Source: a virus
Lineage: Duplodnaviria > Caudoviricetes
Reading direction: 5' to 3' (one strand)
Length of the DNA: 55,909 nucleotides
Virus record (IMG/VR): IMGVR_UViG_3300030106_002604
Location: 1 to 55,909 of that record
The notes under the pieces are model-generated. The model saw only the letters and a list, made by a program, of their open reading frames with translations. It was not told the origin of the DNA and did not search any database. This document shows, piece after piece, positions 1 through 8,374 of this stretch (the first letter of the stretch is position 1; the number at the start of each line of letters is the position of its first letter). The position numbers and the translations under genes are program-made.

Positions 1-141
1 ATCCAAGTAGCATCACCCTGCATCCATCCTTTCTCTCCAGCTGTATTTTTAAACTCAAGGCATATCGAATCAGCACGTTTCTTTCCTTTAACGTCAACGC
101 CTAGTGTTTCATCTGGACCATGCCAAAAGTCTACGTGCCTA
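1..141. repeat. Terminal direct repeat (circular-assembly overlap), copy 1
   Basis: 1-141 equals 55769-55909 except T78 vs C55846; a minus-strand ORF reads through the junction. Confidence 0.95.
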
Positions 142-266
142 TACCTGTCTGTTTTATAGTCTGTTTTTATTGCATCAGGATGTATGCGAAGCCACCTCTC
201 CTCTGAAAGCTGACCGTTATCCCAAGAATCTTTTAGCTTAGACTTTCTTACTTTCAGAATACTCAT
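1..266 (-). CDS. 5' part of a junction-spanning PD-(D/E)XK-like nuclease (192 aa joined with 55768-55456)
   Basis: Manual translation from ATG 266: MSILKVRK...HVDFWHG...GVDVKGKKRADSICLEFKNTAGEKGWMQGDATW, continuing into the 55456 ORF; VD...VDVK...E pattern. Confidence 0.7.
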   Translation of the reverse strand, partial: MSILKVRKSKLKDSWDNGQLSEERWLRIHPDAIKTDYKTDRYRHVDFWHGPDETLGVDVKGKKRADSICLEFKNTAGEKGWMQGDATW

Positions 267-459
267 CTAGTGATTCTTTAATAATAGATAACTCTTCATT
301 AATAACATTAGACACAGCCTCAATAGAAGATTCTATTATACTGTGGTCAATGATAGGCTGTCCATCTTCATCATGAAGGGACTCATATAAGTCATCTAGT
401 ATTTTGTGAGATCTATCACAAGCTAAATGATAATAAAAAGATAGTTTAGATTTCTCCAT
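238..459 (-). CDS. Hypothetical protein (73 aa, acidic)
   Basis: ORF tightly packed in the leftward operon. Confidence 0.7.
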   Translation of the reverse strand: MEKSKLSFYYHLACDRSHKILDDLYESLHDEDGQPIIDHSIIESSIEAVSNVINEELSIIKESLDEYSESKKV

Positions 460-898
460 CTTTAATTGATTGTATTATTTCTTGAATGCATTGATCAACC
501 TGACCTTTATTCTTTGCTAAAAATACAATGTAATTATCCTTCAATCCAACTAAATGTCGTAAAAAAAGTTTCCACCTCATTGGAAAGTCATGATGTGATG
601 GTAGATAACCTTTTGTTTCTATAATCCAGTTATGTTTCTTACCCATAAAGTCTGGAGTATATTTTATAGGAAGCACTACGGATCCCGTCCTATCCGTCAT
701 GTGCTTCTTTTTGGTTGTCATTTTAAAGTACTTGTTAGGGAATCTAAATTTTGGCATGAGCTCAAAACTTGTTTGCTCATAGTCGAAAGCTATCCCGTAT
801 TCTTTTAACTGGTCAGCGCAATACTTTTCAATAGAACTAGCGTACTTACCTAATTTTTTTTTGCTTTTAGCAGGACGCTTTCTTTTATTTCGCTTCAT
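446..898 (-). CDS. T7 endonuclease I-like nuclease / Holliday junction resolvase
   Basis: S-x-E...FDYE...YTPDF...IIETKG motif. Confidence 0.8.
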   Translation of the reverse strand: MKRNKRKRPAKSKKKLGKYASSIEKYCADQLKEYGIAFDYEQTSFELMPKFRFPNKYFKMTTKKKHMTDRTGSVVLPIKYTPDFMGKKHNWIIETKGYLPSHHDFPMRWKLFLRHLVGLKDNYIVFLAKNKGQVDQCIQEIIQSIKDGEI

Positions 899-902
899 AT
901 AA

Positions 903-934
903 CGAAGTTACTATACAAAATCTCACTTGTCAAG
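903..934 (-). promoter_or_regulatory. Bacteroidota-type promoter CTTG-N20-TAACTTCG
   Basis: Boxes at 934-931 and 910-903, 4 nt before ATG 898. Confidence 0.55.
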
Positions 935-2725
935 TAAAAAATTAAAATTCATTGTAACAGCGTTATCTGAGTTAATATCAATAGGTTGGAACAGACTACG
1001 TGAACTAATCCATGAAGTAAACCCAGTGTGATCTATCCCCATAGTCAGTCGATATGGCTCTTCAATAGGCGTTGGCATGCCACCCGTCTCAGTCTCTCTA
1101 ACTTTCCTAACGTGTAACTCACTCATTTTGCGTGTGTTATGGTCAGGTGATTGAACCTTTCGATGAATTGTAAGGAAGCAATCTGCTCTGTTTACGAACT
1201 TTCCGCCACCCTCTGTATCTTCTGCATAAGGTGCAACAGGTAGTCCATCAGGTCCTTTTCTTCTTTGAGCTTCTGTAACTGCGTGCATGTTTAGCCACAC
1301 TGCTACATTGTTTGCATTGCTAAATGTAAGAAACTCACTAGCAGCTTCATAGTGATAGTCATGTGTACTTATGTTACTTTTACCCATGTCTAACCTAAGA
1401 CTATTGTATGGATCAATAAATATAGCATCGACAGGTTTTTGCTTCATTATCTTTTCCATAAATATTAGTAGGTCTGAGTAGCTATACACCTGATTGTTGC
1501 TTATAACAGTGAAGTGTTCTTCTACCCACTTGTAAGCTTTCTTTCTTTGAGCGTAAGTCATGTCTGCTACTTTTCTGTTAACAGCGAACTGCATCAAGCT
1601 CATCTTAACTGATGCGGTTTTATTCTCTGAAGAATATATAACCCACTTCCAGTTGTGTCGTATTGCAGCATTGACTATGAGGTATAGAGCTGTCGTTGTT
1701 TTACCTACATTACTATGACCATTGATAATAAGAAACTCTTTCTTGTATCTAAAATATTCATCAAGATTTACATCACCTGTATCTAAACCTATATCAACAT
1801 TACCCTGAGCAAAATCATCTATCCACCTGAAGTCTTCATCGTCAGAAGATATGAATGACATGTCTCCATCATTGATAAGTATCTGTCTTTGAGCAGCTTT
1901 TTCGTTCTCAATAACCTCACGTATAGGCATCATCTTGCCTTTTTCTATGCCGTCTCTGATAGCTGTCTTAGCAGACTCCTCAGAGTCTATGTCACGTTTA
2001 GTTATCTCTCTGAATAAAACTCTTACAACTTCATCCTCCTCCATTCTACCAGCAGCGATATATCCACCACATAACTTAGAGGCCTTTATCAAAGTGTTAT
2101 GCTTTTCTCCGTCTTCACAGTTACGTATCATGCGAGCCGCAAGGTTCAGCTTCATGTAATCTGTGTACTCGTATGCATCATTCGTTGTTGTTTGGGCTTC
2201 AGCAAACTCACTAGAAAACGCACCAAACTTTTTGTAATCATCCTTAATAACTATGTCAGGATCGTGAGATTCAAAGCATGCACGAGATTCGTTTATACCA
2301 GATTCATCTAGCTCAAGTCCATATTGCTTATAAAAGTATGTTCGTAATGCTCTGAAGTGATCTCTATGCCTTTCTGGATTTGTTATTTGAACGAGCGCTT
2401 TGATCCCGTCACCAGACGGAGATATCCAGCAAGCATATACGTAATCGTCAGTACTAAGGGCAGTCTTGACCGTATCAACTTCAACGTGATCAAAGTCCAG
2501 AACAATGTATCCAGAGTGTTCAAACAGCGCCTCGTCAGATCGTTTAGAAAACTCACCACTAAACAATACAACTGGGAGAGACAGCTTTTTATCCTTATGA
2601 CCATCTCGTACCTGAGATATTATCGAACCAGACTTCCCCGCTTGAATCCTGTTCAGAGCTGTTTCCATTTGTATGTGATGAGGATTCTCCTTCTCGTACA
2701 CATTTTTGAATATCGTTACTTTCAT
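923..2725 (-). CDS. Primase-helicase (VirE-N/BT4734-like primase + DnaB-like helicase)
   Basis: LDFDH and SPSGDGIK primase motifs; Walker A GHSNVGKT; IFIDPYN Walker B; ATG 2725 preferred to TTG 2737. Confidence 0.85.
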   Translation of the reverse strand: MKVTIFKNVYEKENPHHIQMETALNRIQAGKSGSIISQVRDGHKDKKLSLPVVLFSGEFSKRSDEALFEHSGYIVLDFDHVEVDTVKTALSTDDYVYACWISPSGDGIKALVQITNPERHRDHFRALRTYFYKQYGLELDESGINESRACFESHDPDIVIKDDYKKFGAFSSEFAEAQTTTNDAYEYTDYMKLNLAARMIRNCEDGEKHNTLIKASKLCGGYIAAGRMEEDEVVRVLFREITKRDIDSEESAKTAIRDGIEKGKMMPIREVIENEKAAQRQILINDGDMSFISSDDEDFRWIDDFAQGNVDIGLDTGDVNLDEYFRYKKEFLIINGHSNVGKTTTALYLIVNAAIRHNWKWVIYSSENKTASVKMSLMQFAVNRKVADMTYAQRKKAYKWVEEHFTVISNNQVYSYSDLLIFMEKIMKQKPVDAIFIDPYNSLRLDMGKSNISTHDYHYEAASEFLTFSNANNVAVWLNMHAVTEAQRRKGPDGLPVAPYAEDTEGGGKFVNRADCFLTIHRKVQSPDHNTRKMSELHVRKVRETETGGMPTPIEEPYRLTMGIDHTGFTSWISSRSLFQPIDINSDNAVTMNFNFLLDK

Positions 2726-2978
2726 TGTCGTTTGCAATCATTAATAGGACCATGTATCCAGCACAGTCCAATAGTGTATCCTCTGTCTCATCATTGAGAC
2801 CTACATTAGCTATTCTTTTTAGCTTATCGTCAAGTCTTATCCTTATAGCTTCGGATGCTTTGAGGGAAGAAAAAATGCCTACAGGGTTCAAAGCTGAATC
2901 CCCGTAAGCATCGTTCTTCTGTATAAGCAAGTCCTCAATCTCTTGACATTTTAATTTTATTTTTTCCTTTGTGTTCAT
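2595..2978 (-). CDS. DUF1599/Nmad1-like protein
   Basis: KNDAYGDS...RLDDKLKRI...EDTLLDCAGY motif. Confidence 0.75.
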   Translation of the reverse strand: MNTKEKIKLKCQEIEDLLIQKNDAYGDSALNPVGIFSSLKASEAIRIRLDDKLKRIANVGLNDETEDTLLDCAGYMVLLMIANDNESNDIQKCVREGESSSHTNGNSSEQDSSGEVWFDNISGTRWS

Positions 2979-3210
2979 CTGTTGTTACTTGAGATCGTGA
3001 TAACTCCACACTCTCCAATATCTCACGTATGATAACCTCTTTATTCTTTGCCTTTGGTGTAAAGTATTTATCACGTAGGCGGTGCATAGTTCTGTCATCG
3101 TAGCGCATGATATCGGATGGTGTGTCGAATACAGTGACTATCCACTCTCTACGCTCGTGTACAACCTTCCGTTTCTTGAAGGCGACACGAACATGAGAGT
3201 GTTTAATCAT
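2935..3210 (-). CDS. Hypothetical protein
   Basis: ORF in operon; ATG 3210 lies just after the upstream stop at 3215. Confidence 0.7.
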   Translation of the reverse strand: MIKHSHVRVAFKKRKVVHERREWIVTVFDTPSDIMRYDDRTMHRLRDKYFTPKAKNKEVIIREILESVELSRSQVTTDEHKGKNKIKMSRD

Positions 3211-3214
3211 GGGT

Positions 3215-3517
3215 TTAGAATGGCATGTCATCTACCGTCTCAGTAGCCGCCTGTTTTGCAGCTCTTTTCTCCTTAGCAGCAGCGCTGTTAGGATCATAGC
3301 ATCGGCAACAAGGCTTACCATTTTTTGACATAAACTGTGTCAGATAGATGTTACCTCCCTGACCTTGTTCATTACGCTGTGTAGCGTACTTGTCGATCAT
3401 TTCTTTGAGCTCATGATCTTTGAAGCGGACGCTCCAGCTCATCAACTCTCCTGCCTCATTGTAACGAGGCTCCTCAGCGTACCCAACTAGCACGCTATCG
3501 TATTTAACTTCACTCAT
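3215..3517 (-). CDS. Putative single-stranded DNA-binding protein
   Basis: Acidic DDMPF C-terminus; next to recombination genes. Confidence 0.6.
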   Translation of the reverse strand: MSEVKYDSVLVGYAEEPRYNEAGELMSWSVRFKDHELKEMIDKYATQRNEQGQGGNIYLTQFMSKNGKPCCRCYDPNSAAAKEKRAAKQAATETVDDMPF

Positions 3518-3577
3518 ATGAAATAAATTAAAGGTTAAAAAATAACTACGTTAAAAGGTAGTTGTAAATAATGTGGT

Positions 3578-3609
3578 CAAATGTAAAAAATAAAACCACG
3601 TAAAACAAA
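3578..3609 (-). promoter_or_regulatory. Bacteroidota promoter TTTG-N20-TACATTTG
   Basis: Full consensus, intergenic, upstream of the SSB-like gene. Confidence 0.75.
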
Positions 3610-3621
3610 ATTTTCAATGTT

Positions 3622-4383
3622 TTATACTGTGAATTCTGCATAATAATTTTGTGTTGGAGCTCCTTCTGTCAACCACTTACGTATGTTAGCTAGAGCTTCA
3701 TTGAACTTCATTTCTCCTCTGAATAGAGTTTCATCAGAGCACTTTACTAAGGCTGGGTAGAATGGGTATGCTTTTTCTTGCACAACCCAGTAGTAATCCT
3801 TGATCCCAAACACTTGTGTATATATGTAGGCTTGGATGTCATAACACCAGCTGTTTACGTCATAGCGAAACTTATCTATGCTACGTGATGACTTGCTGTC
3901 TGTTATAAAACCATCCCCCAAGCAGTCAAGGAATCCTCTGACGGGTACGCCGTCAATCTCTTCATTAAATTCTACTTGATACTCTCCAGATAGATAGCTA
4001 CTAAGTAGACCGCAAGCTTCAAGCCTGCCGATCATCTCAACCGCTTTCTTCCAGTCTTCTTGTGTGACGAGCGTCTTACCCTCATTCTCCTTAGCAATCT
4101 CTGTCTTCCATTCTCGGTAGCGTTTAGTATTCCTAGGATATTTACCACCAATATCGGCGACAATATCGCCGTCATCCAAACGATAAAATTGATCATCTAA
4201 TTTTTCTGGTTCAAACAACATCATGTCGTAAAGGCTACCAAATGTCAAGGCATCTGATTCTTTCTTTAGCTGACCCCTCATGTACATTTCCCAAAGACGC
4301 ATATCTCCAAGAGCGTACTTGATAGACGAGTAAGAAAGGTGTCCCTTACCTACATATTCTGTTAACTGTTGTCTCAATGTCAT
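3622..4383 (-). CDS. RecE/exonuclease VIII-like PD-(D/E)XK exonuclease (DUF3799-like)
   Basis: LSYSSIK, FGSLYD, RGFLD...DSKS, YDIQAYIY motifs. Confidence 0.8.
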   Translation of the reverse strand: MTLRQQLTEYVGKGHLSYSSIKYALGDMRLWEMYMRGQLKKESDALTFGSLYDMMLFEPEKLDDQFYRLDDGDIVADIGGKYPRNTKRYREWKTEIAKENEGKTLVTQEDWKKAVEMIGRLEACGLLSSYLSGEYQVEFNEEIDGVPVRGFLDCLGDGFITDSKSSRSIDKFRYDVNSWCYDIQAYIYTQVFGIKDYYWVVQEKAYPFYPALVKCSDETLFRGEMKFNEALANIRKWLTEGAPTQNYYAEFTV

Positions 4384-4898
4384 CTTACAAACTTCTTGAG
4401 TCCAGCTACTTGTTTTTCAGTGAGTTGCTCACCATACTTAGATACTACAGAGTCAAATGCCTTATGCTTATCTGTCGATGTCTTGATGTAACCGACTGCC
4501 TTGTCCATGATATTCTCTACACGTGCAGATGAATCTGCAGACTGCTTCGCAATAGCATCATTTACTTCATTTGCTGATGCAATAGAGGTATCAATACCAA
4601 TCCCCATCATTGCTAATGCTCTACCAATAGCTGATGTTTCACAGTTTTCTACATAGCTAGTCTTGTTGATATGACTACCAGACTTCTCTTCATGTGCGTG
4701 TCCTGTAGCAATTACACGCTGATCTGTGTCAGCTATGATGCATTTACATACACACATTTCTGAATCCAACGCTGTGAACTCTGTTGATATTGTCCAGTTT
4801 TTGTACTCATCTTCTTGACGGAAGAACTTGATACGCTCGTTTACTTCGACGTATTGTTTGCCACGTATGTTCGTGGTCTTAAACTTATACTTACTCAT
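4380..4898 (-). CDS. ssDNA-annealing protein (Sak/Rad52-like recombinase)
   Basis: GKQYVEVNERI...ATGHAHE...ENCETSAIGRALAMMGIG; paired with the exonuclease. Confidence 0.7.
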   Translation of the reverse strand: MSKYKFKTTNIRGKQYVEVNERIKFFRQEDEYKNWTISTEFTALDSEMCVCKCIIADTDQRVIATGHAHEEKSGSHINKTSYVENCETSAIGRALAMMGIGIDTSIASANEVNDAIAKQSADSSARVENIMDKAVGYIKTSTDKHKAFDSVVSKYGEQLTEKQVAGLKKFVR

Positions 4899-4921
4899 TA
4901 TACATTAAATTATATTGTTTA

Positions 4922-4953
4922 CAAATTTACTTATTAAAAATATTCTAAGCAAG
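4922..4953 (-). promoter_or_regulatory. Bacteroidota promoter CTTG-N20-TAAATTTG
   Basis: Boxes at 4953-4950 and 4929-4922. Confidence 0.65.
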
Positions 4954-5329
4954 AAATTTCTCGCTTAATCTTGAGATACATGCCAAGACTCTGCATCATC
5001 TTGACTGCGCCTGCTTTCATACCGTAAGCTGCTCGCTCGTAGTCTACCTTAAAGGTCTGCTCTGATCCGAGTAGCTCTTCGATCAACTCCTCACCCGCAT
5101 AGCTTGATGCAAGTTCTGTGAGTAGTTCGTCCATTGTGGAATCGGTTACCTCTATAAATATCTTTATGATATCCTCTGGTGTCCATTTCTTCCACTCATC
5201 GTACCCAAACTTCTGTATGTCTATCTTGCACAGATTACCTGCACAATCTACTATGTCGAAGTCATCATCATCTTCACAATCATCCATAAAGATGTCTATG
5301 TATCGTAGTGCTTCCTCGTCTGTAATCAA
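4934..5329 (-). CDS. Hypothetical acidic protein (131 aa)
   Basis: TTG start overlaps the upstream TGA; D/E-rich N-terminus. Confidence 0.7.
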   Translation of the reverse strand: MITDEEALRYIDIFMDDCEDDDDFDIVDCAGNLCKIDIQKFGYDEWKKWTPEDIIKIFIEVTDSTMDELLTELASSYAGEELIEELLGSEQTFKVDYERAAYGMKAGAVKMMQSLGMYLKIKREISCLEYF

Positions 5330-5499
5330 AATCCAAAGTTTTTACATTGATGATAAAAAGGATCTAAAATCTCTGGTCTATAATAAAGGTTTGTATCCTC
5401 ATATTCTCTAACAAACAGCTTGATAAGGTGCATAGCATCTACATGTTTAGGTGTGAGGTGCATGCTTGGTGGTATTAAATGTTCTGTTGTTTTACTCAT
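5326..5499 (-). CDS. Small hypothetical protein (57 aa, MSKTTEHL...KNFGF), not in ORF track
   Basis: Manual translation; start and stop overlap both neighbours. Confidence 0.6.
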   Translation of the reverse strand: MSKTTEHLIPPSMHLTPKHVDAMHLIKLFVREYEDTNLYYRPEILDPFYHQCKNFGF

Positions 5500-5573
5500 G
5501 GTTTATTGTTTTGATAGGTTAAATAAAATGCTGTTACTATATAGAATAGTGCAACTGGTATTAGTATTGTCAT
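5496..5573 (-). CDS. 25-aa membrane peptide MTILIPVALFYIVTAFYLTYQNNKP
   Basis: Manual translation; ATGA overlap with next ORF; hydrophobic. Confidence 0.5.
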   Translation of the reverse strand: MTILIPVALFYIVTAFYLTYQNNKP

Positions 5574-5591
5574 GTGAATTTGTATGTTTGA

Positions 5592-5861
5592 TTATTTTTT
5601 GGTAGAATTTAGTAGATCTCCAACAGCCCATCCAGCTTCTAGGTCGTCTAACCATATCTTTTTTTCTTTTTTAAGAAAATCCCAAGCAAACTCTATAAAG
5701 CTGTCCTCATTTAGGGAACTTCCTTCAAGTTTCCACCACTTGTCAAATAGTTTATTGCAATGTTCGTATGGAGCGTTTTGTATATCAAAGGAAAAATTGC
5801 ATTGATAAGCTTGAGTGAACCAGAAATAAGCTTTGTCAGTTTTGTCAAATCGTATTTTCAT
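5592..5861 (-). CDS. Hypothetical early protein (89 aa)
   Basis: ORF with AT-rich leader. Confidence 0.7.
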   Translation of the reverse strand: MKIRFDKTDKAYFWFTQAYQCNFSFDIQNAPYEHCNKLFDKWWKLEGSSLNEDSFIEFAWDFLKKEKKIWLDDLEAGWAVGDLLNSTKK

Positions 5862-5890
5862 TATGTGAATTTATTCATGTTAATTAAATT

Positions 5891-5988
5891 TAGTGTGAGC
5901 AAGAGGAATCGAACCTCAATGCATAACCAATAAAAGCAGTCAATCGGGTAGGGGCATCACACCCTAGCGGATCTTGCCAGACGCTCAC
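5891..5988 (-). ncRNA. tRNA-like element without canonical D/anticodon arms (98 nt)
   Basis: Acceptor GUGAGCG/UGCUCAC, T-arm GAGG-UUCGAUU-CCUC, discriminator A then CUA; intergenic. Confidence 0.7.
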
Positions 5989-5999
5989 TAGGTATGTCG

Positions 6000-6182
6000 T
6001 TACATACCAATCAATATCTCAAACGCTTTATCCATTGCATAGGTGCGTTGCTGTGTTATCGTGCCGCACACTTGTGGTGTCGGTAACATTATGTGTGTTG
6101 ATTCTAACGTGTAGAAATCTTCATGTCTTTGTATAGCATTAGCTATTTGTCTTTGGTGGTATAGTCTTTCTTGTGTAGTCAT
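6000..6182 (-). CDS. Hypothetical early protein
   Basis: ORF, operon strand. Confidence 0.65.
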   Translation of the reverse strand: MTTQERLYHQRQIANAIQRHEDFYTLESTHIMLPTPQVCGTITQQRTYAMDKAFEILIGM

Positions 6183-6214
6183 GGTGTGTTATTTTACTTT
6201 CATATATCCAACGC

Positions 6215-6451
6215 TTAGTCTTCGACTGACGTTCCTGTTTCGGTGTTATCATAGGCATCATCCTTTGGAACTTCACTATGCTTTGCTTTATGTAAATCAT
6301 TTAGTTGAAGTTGTAGTTGCTCTGCTATAATGCGCCAATGCATTGCTGATTTTAACAGACTCGACTTTGTATTTGCTTTTAGGGCAGACTTAATCTGTTC
6401 TTTTGTCCACCCTTCTAGTGGGTTAAATTCTTGTTCGTTACTCATACTCAT
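6215..6451 (-). CDS. Hypothetical early protein
   Basis: ORF, operon strand. Confidence 0.65.
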   Translation of the reverse strand: MSMSNEQEFNPLEGWTKEQIKSALKANTKSSLLKSAMHWRIIAEQLQLQLNDLHKAKHSEVPKDDAYDNTETGTSVED

Positions 6452-6632
6452 CTGCTTTTATACCCCATAACATATCACGTGGCATCTCATCGAATACCAC
6501 CATGCTACCTTTATGCATTTCGCTAGGGGAGTTTTGTACTATTGTTTGTGCTTCTTCTCTTGTTAGAGAATGGTATAGGATATCCTTATCAAAGTTATCT
6601 CTATACACTCGGTATACTGCGTAATTTTTCAT
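6438..6632 (-). CDS. Hypothetical early protein
   Basis: ORF overlapping neighbours. Confidence 0.65.
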   Translation of the reverse strand: MKNYAVYRVYRDNFDKDILYHSLTREEAQTIVQNSPSEMHKGSMVVFDEMPRDMLWGIKADEYE

Positions 6633-6801
6633 CGTTTGTTATTTCTTTTATTGCGTCAATTAACATATCTCTAGCGTGTGTCGGATCGGATAGCACCGCT
6701 TGTACTAGCCATTCAAATTCATCTGCTAAGTTTTGTCCGTCATATCCTGAACTTAGAATATCAACGTATCTTTCTGCTCGTTTGTGTAGTTCGTAACTCA
6801 T
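6601..6801 (-). CDS. Hypothetical early protein
   Basis: ORF overlapping neighbours. Confidence 0.65.
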   Translation of the reverse strand: MSYELHKRAERYVDILSSGYDGQNLADEFEWLVQAVLSDPTHARDMLIDAIKEITNDEKLRSIPSV

Positions 6802-6904
6802 TTTGTTTTGGTTTAATTGGTTTTGTAATTAGCTCTGCTAGTTCATGCATACTGAATGATGCGAAACCTGTTTGTGTTTTTGGTTTACGTTGTTTGTCCT
6901 TCAT
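6761..6904 (-). CDS. Small hypothetical protein (47 aa, MKDKQRKPKT...)
   Basis: Manual translation; fills a gap in the operon. Confidence 0.45.
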   Translation of the reverse strand: MKDKQRKPKTQTGFASFSMHELAELITKPIKPKQNELRTTQTSRKIR

Positions 6905-7031
6905 ATTTATTAAAATTACTTACTATTATCTCGCACATAGTTCTCAAAGTGCGGTCTGGCATGTCGTCAAAGTGTGTAAGCAAGTCCTCTTGCACTCGCT
7001 CTCTTAGTTCTCGTAGTTGATGTATTGTCAT
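6885..7031 (-). CDS. Small hypothetical protein (48 aa, MTIHQLRELRERVQEDLL...)
   Basis: Manual translation; ATGA overlap with the upstream gene. Confidence 0.6.
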   Translation of the reverse strand: MTIHQLRELRERVQEDLLTHFDDMPDRTLRTMCEIIVSNFNKYEGQTT

Positions 7032-7216
7032 ATCATTGTAATGTTTCCGTCTGTGTCTATGTAACCTGCTTCAATTAGGGCTGATGCAGTTCGCCCGTAA
7101 CTACCTTGTAGTGTCCATGCCATGCCATTGCTGATTAGTTCAGCGAATAGTTCTAGCACTCCCGTGTCATCTAAAAGACCACACTCGAAGTCAATTATTT
7201 TGTCTGTTATATTCAT
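7028..7216 (-). CDS. Conserved small phage protein (62 aa)
   Basis: LFAELISNGMAWTLQGSYGRTASALIEAGY motif; ATGA coupling at 7213-7216. Confidence 0.75.
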   Translation of the reverse strand: MNITDKIIDFECGLLDDTGVLELFAELISNGMAWTLQGSYGRTASALIEAGYIDTDGNITMI

Positions 7217-7452
7217 TGGTTTACTTTTGCTTTTACGGTTAGTATTTCTGTGTCGCATTGCTCAAGCTCTGCTTCGCCTAGCGTATCCCATATGTCGTCG
7301 TATAGGTCATATTCAAGCTCTTTCGTGTAGAACTGTCCCAAGTCATCACCTAGCGTTATTCTTTCAACGGCTGATGGCGTTAGGTTGTCAGGTAAAGCTA
7401 CCTCGATTGTTGTGGTGTATGTGCGCACCACTTCTATTTCAAATGTTTTCAT
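7213..7452 (-). CDS. Hypothetical early protein (79 aa)
   Basis: MKTFEIEV start just after the upstream stop. Confidence 0.7.
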   Translation of the reverse strand: MKTFEIEVVRTYTTTIEVALPDNLTPSAVERITLGDDLGQFYTKELEYDLYDDIWDTLGEAELEQCDTEILTVKAKVNQ

Positions 7453-7454
7453 GA

Positions 7455-7580
7455 TTATTGGTTTTTTGTCCATGTTTCGTATGCAAAGTCTATTGCATCG
7501 TTGATTTCTATTGCCTCTTCACGAGTGATTGTGTACCCTTCTATTCGGTACACTTCGATAATGTTATCTATTACGTCCAT
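7455..7580 (-). CDS. Small hypothetical protein (41 aa, MDVIDNII...)
   Basis: Manual translation; first ORF after the 7620 promoter. Confidence 0.55.
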   Translation of the reverse strand: MDVIDNIIEVYRIEGYTITREEAIEINDAIDFAYETWTKNQ

Positions 7581-7619
7581 GATGTATTAATTGGTTTTCG
7601 ATTGGTTTGAATCGGACTG

Positions 7620-7651
7620 CTAATATACAACAGACTTTTCCAAATTCCAAA
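7620..7651 (-). promoter_or_regulatory. Bacteroidota promoter TTTG-N20-TATATTAG
   Basis: Near-consensus boxes, intergenic. Confidence 0.7.
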
Positions 7652-7675
7652 TTTATTTTTCTAATAACGTAGTTA

Positions 7676-8011
7676 TTACTTGTATCTATTGACCTTCTTA
7701 GCGTTGTCATCATAGATATTTCTTACCACCATACCTAGATGGTCGGCTACATAGCTAATGTGCTTTGATGTAGTGGGTGAGTGCCACTTGGGTGCGACTA
7801 GCGTGCCTACATGCTCCCAACCCCATGCAACGTCAGTATTGTAGCTTTTAACGATGATTTTCCAACCATTTGAGCCACAAAATTCTTTGCGCACAGAAAG
7901 ATTCTGCTTGTACTTTGGTAAATCGACTGATTTCGTATACGGTACACCCCACAAGTGTCCGTCATCACGATACATTTCGTAGTCGTGGTCTGCTTTTTCT
8001 AATAGTCCCAT
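7676..8011 (-). CDS. Conserved early phage protein (111 aa)
   Basis: SYNTDVA...WHSPTTSKHISY motif typical of small early phage proteins. Confidence 0.7.
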   Translation of the reverse strand: MGLLEKADHDYEMYRDDGHLWGVPYTKSVDLPKYKQNLSVRKEFCGSNGWKIIVKSYNTDVAWGWEHVGTLVAPKWHSPTTSKHISYVADHLGMVVRNIYDDNAKKVNRYK

Positions 8012-8023
8012 GTTTATTGGTTT

Positions 8024-8173
8024 TTAAAAGTTAATATCTAATTTCGCTTGTTCGCAAAATGCGTCTGCTACGAGGTTTGCGCCTTCTGTATCCTCACACC
8101 ATGTGAAGTACTCGTATGCTAGTTCTAGCTCTTCAAAGCTAAAGCCTCTATATGGGTTGAATATTCTACTCAT
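8024..8173 (-). CDS. Small hypothetical protein (49 aa)
   Basis: ATG 8173 (MSRIFNPY) follows the upstream stop at 8184. Confidence 0.6.
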   Translation of the reverse strand: MSRIFNPYRGFSFEELELAYEYFTWCEDTEGANLVADAFCEQAKLDINF

Positions 8174-8183
8174 TATGCGTGGT

Positions 8184-8354
8184 TTAGTGTATGATTGTGT
8201 TATCAAAATCGTGAGTCATAAATTCGATATCCTTTAGCCTAAAGCCTTGTTCATCTATCCACTTTTCAACGTCCTCTATTTGAGCGCCTACTAGGTGTTC
8301 GGGCAGGTTATACTGATGCACCTTACCACTTGCGAAGTCTAAGATTGTAATCAT
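8184..8354 (-). CDS. Small hypothetical protein (56 aa, MITILDFASGK...)
   Basis: ATG 8354; the longer start in the ORF track falls inside the ribozyme. Confidence 0.7.
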   Translation of the reverse strand: MITILDFASGKVHQYNLPEHLVGAQIEDVEKWIDEQGFRLKDIEFMTHDFDNTIIH

Positions 8355-8374
8355 AATGTGTAAATTTTTAAATT

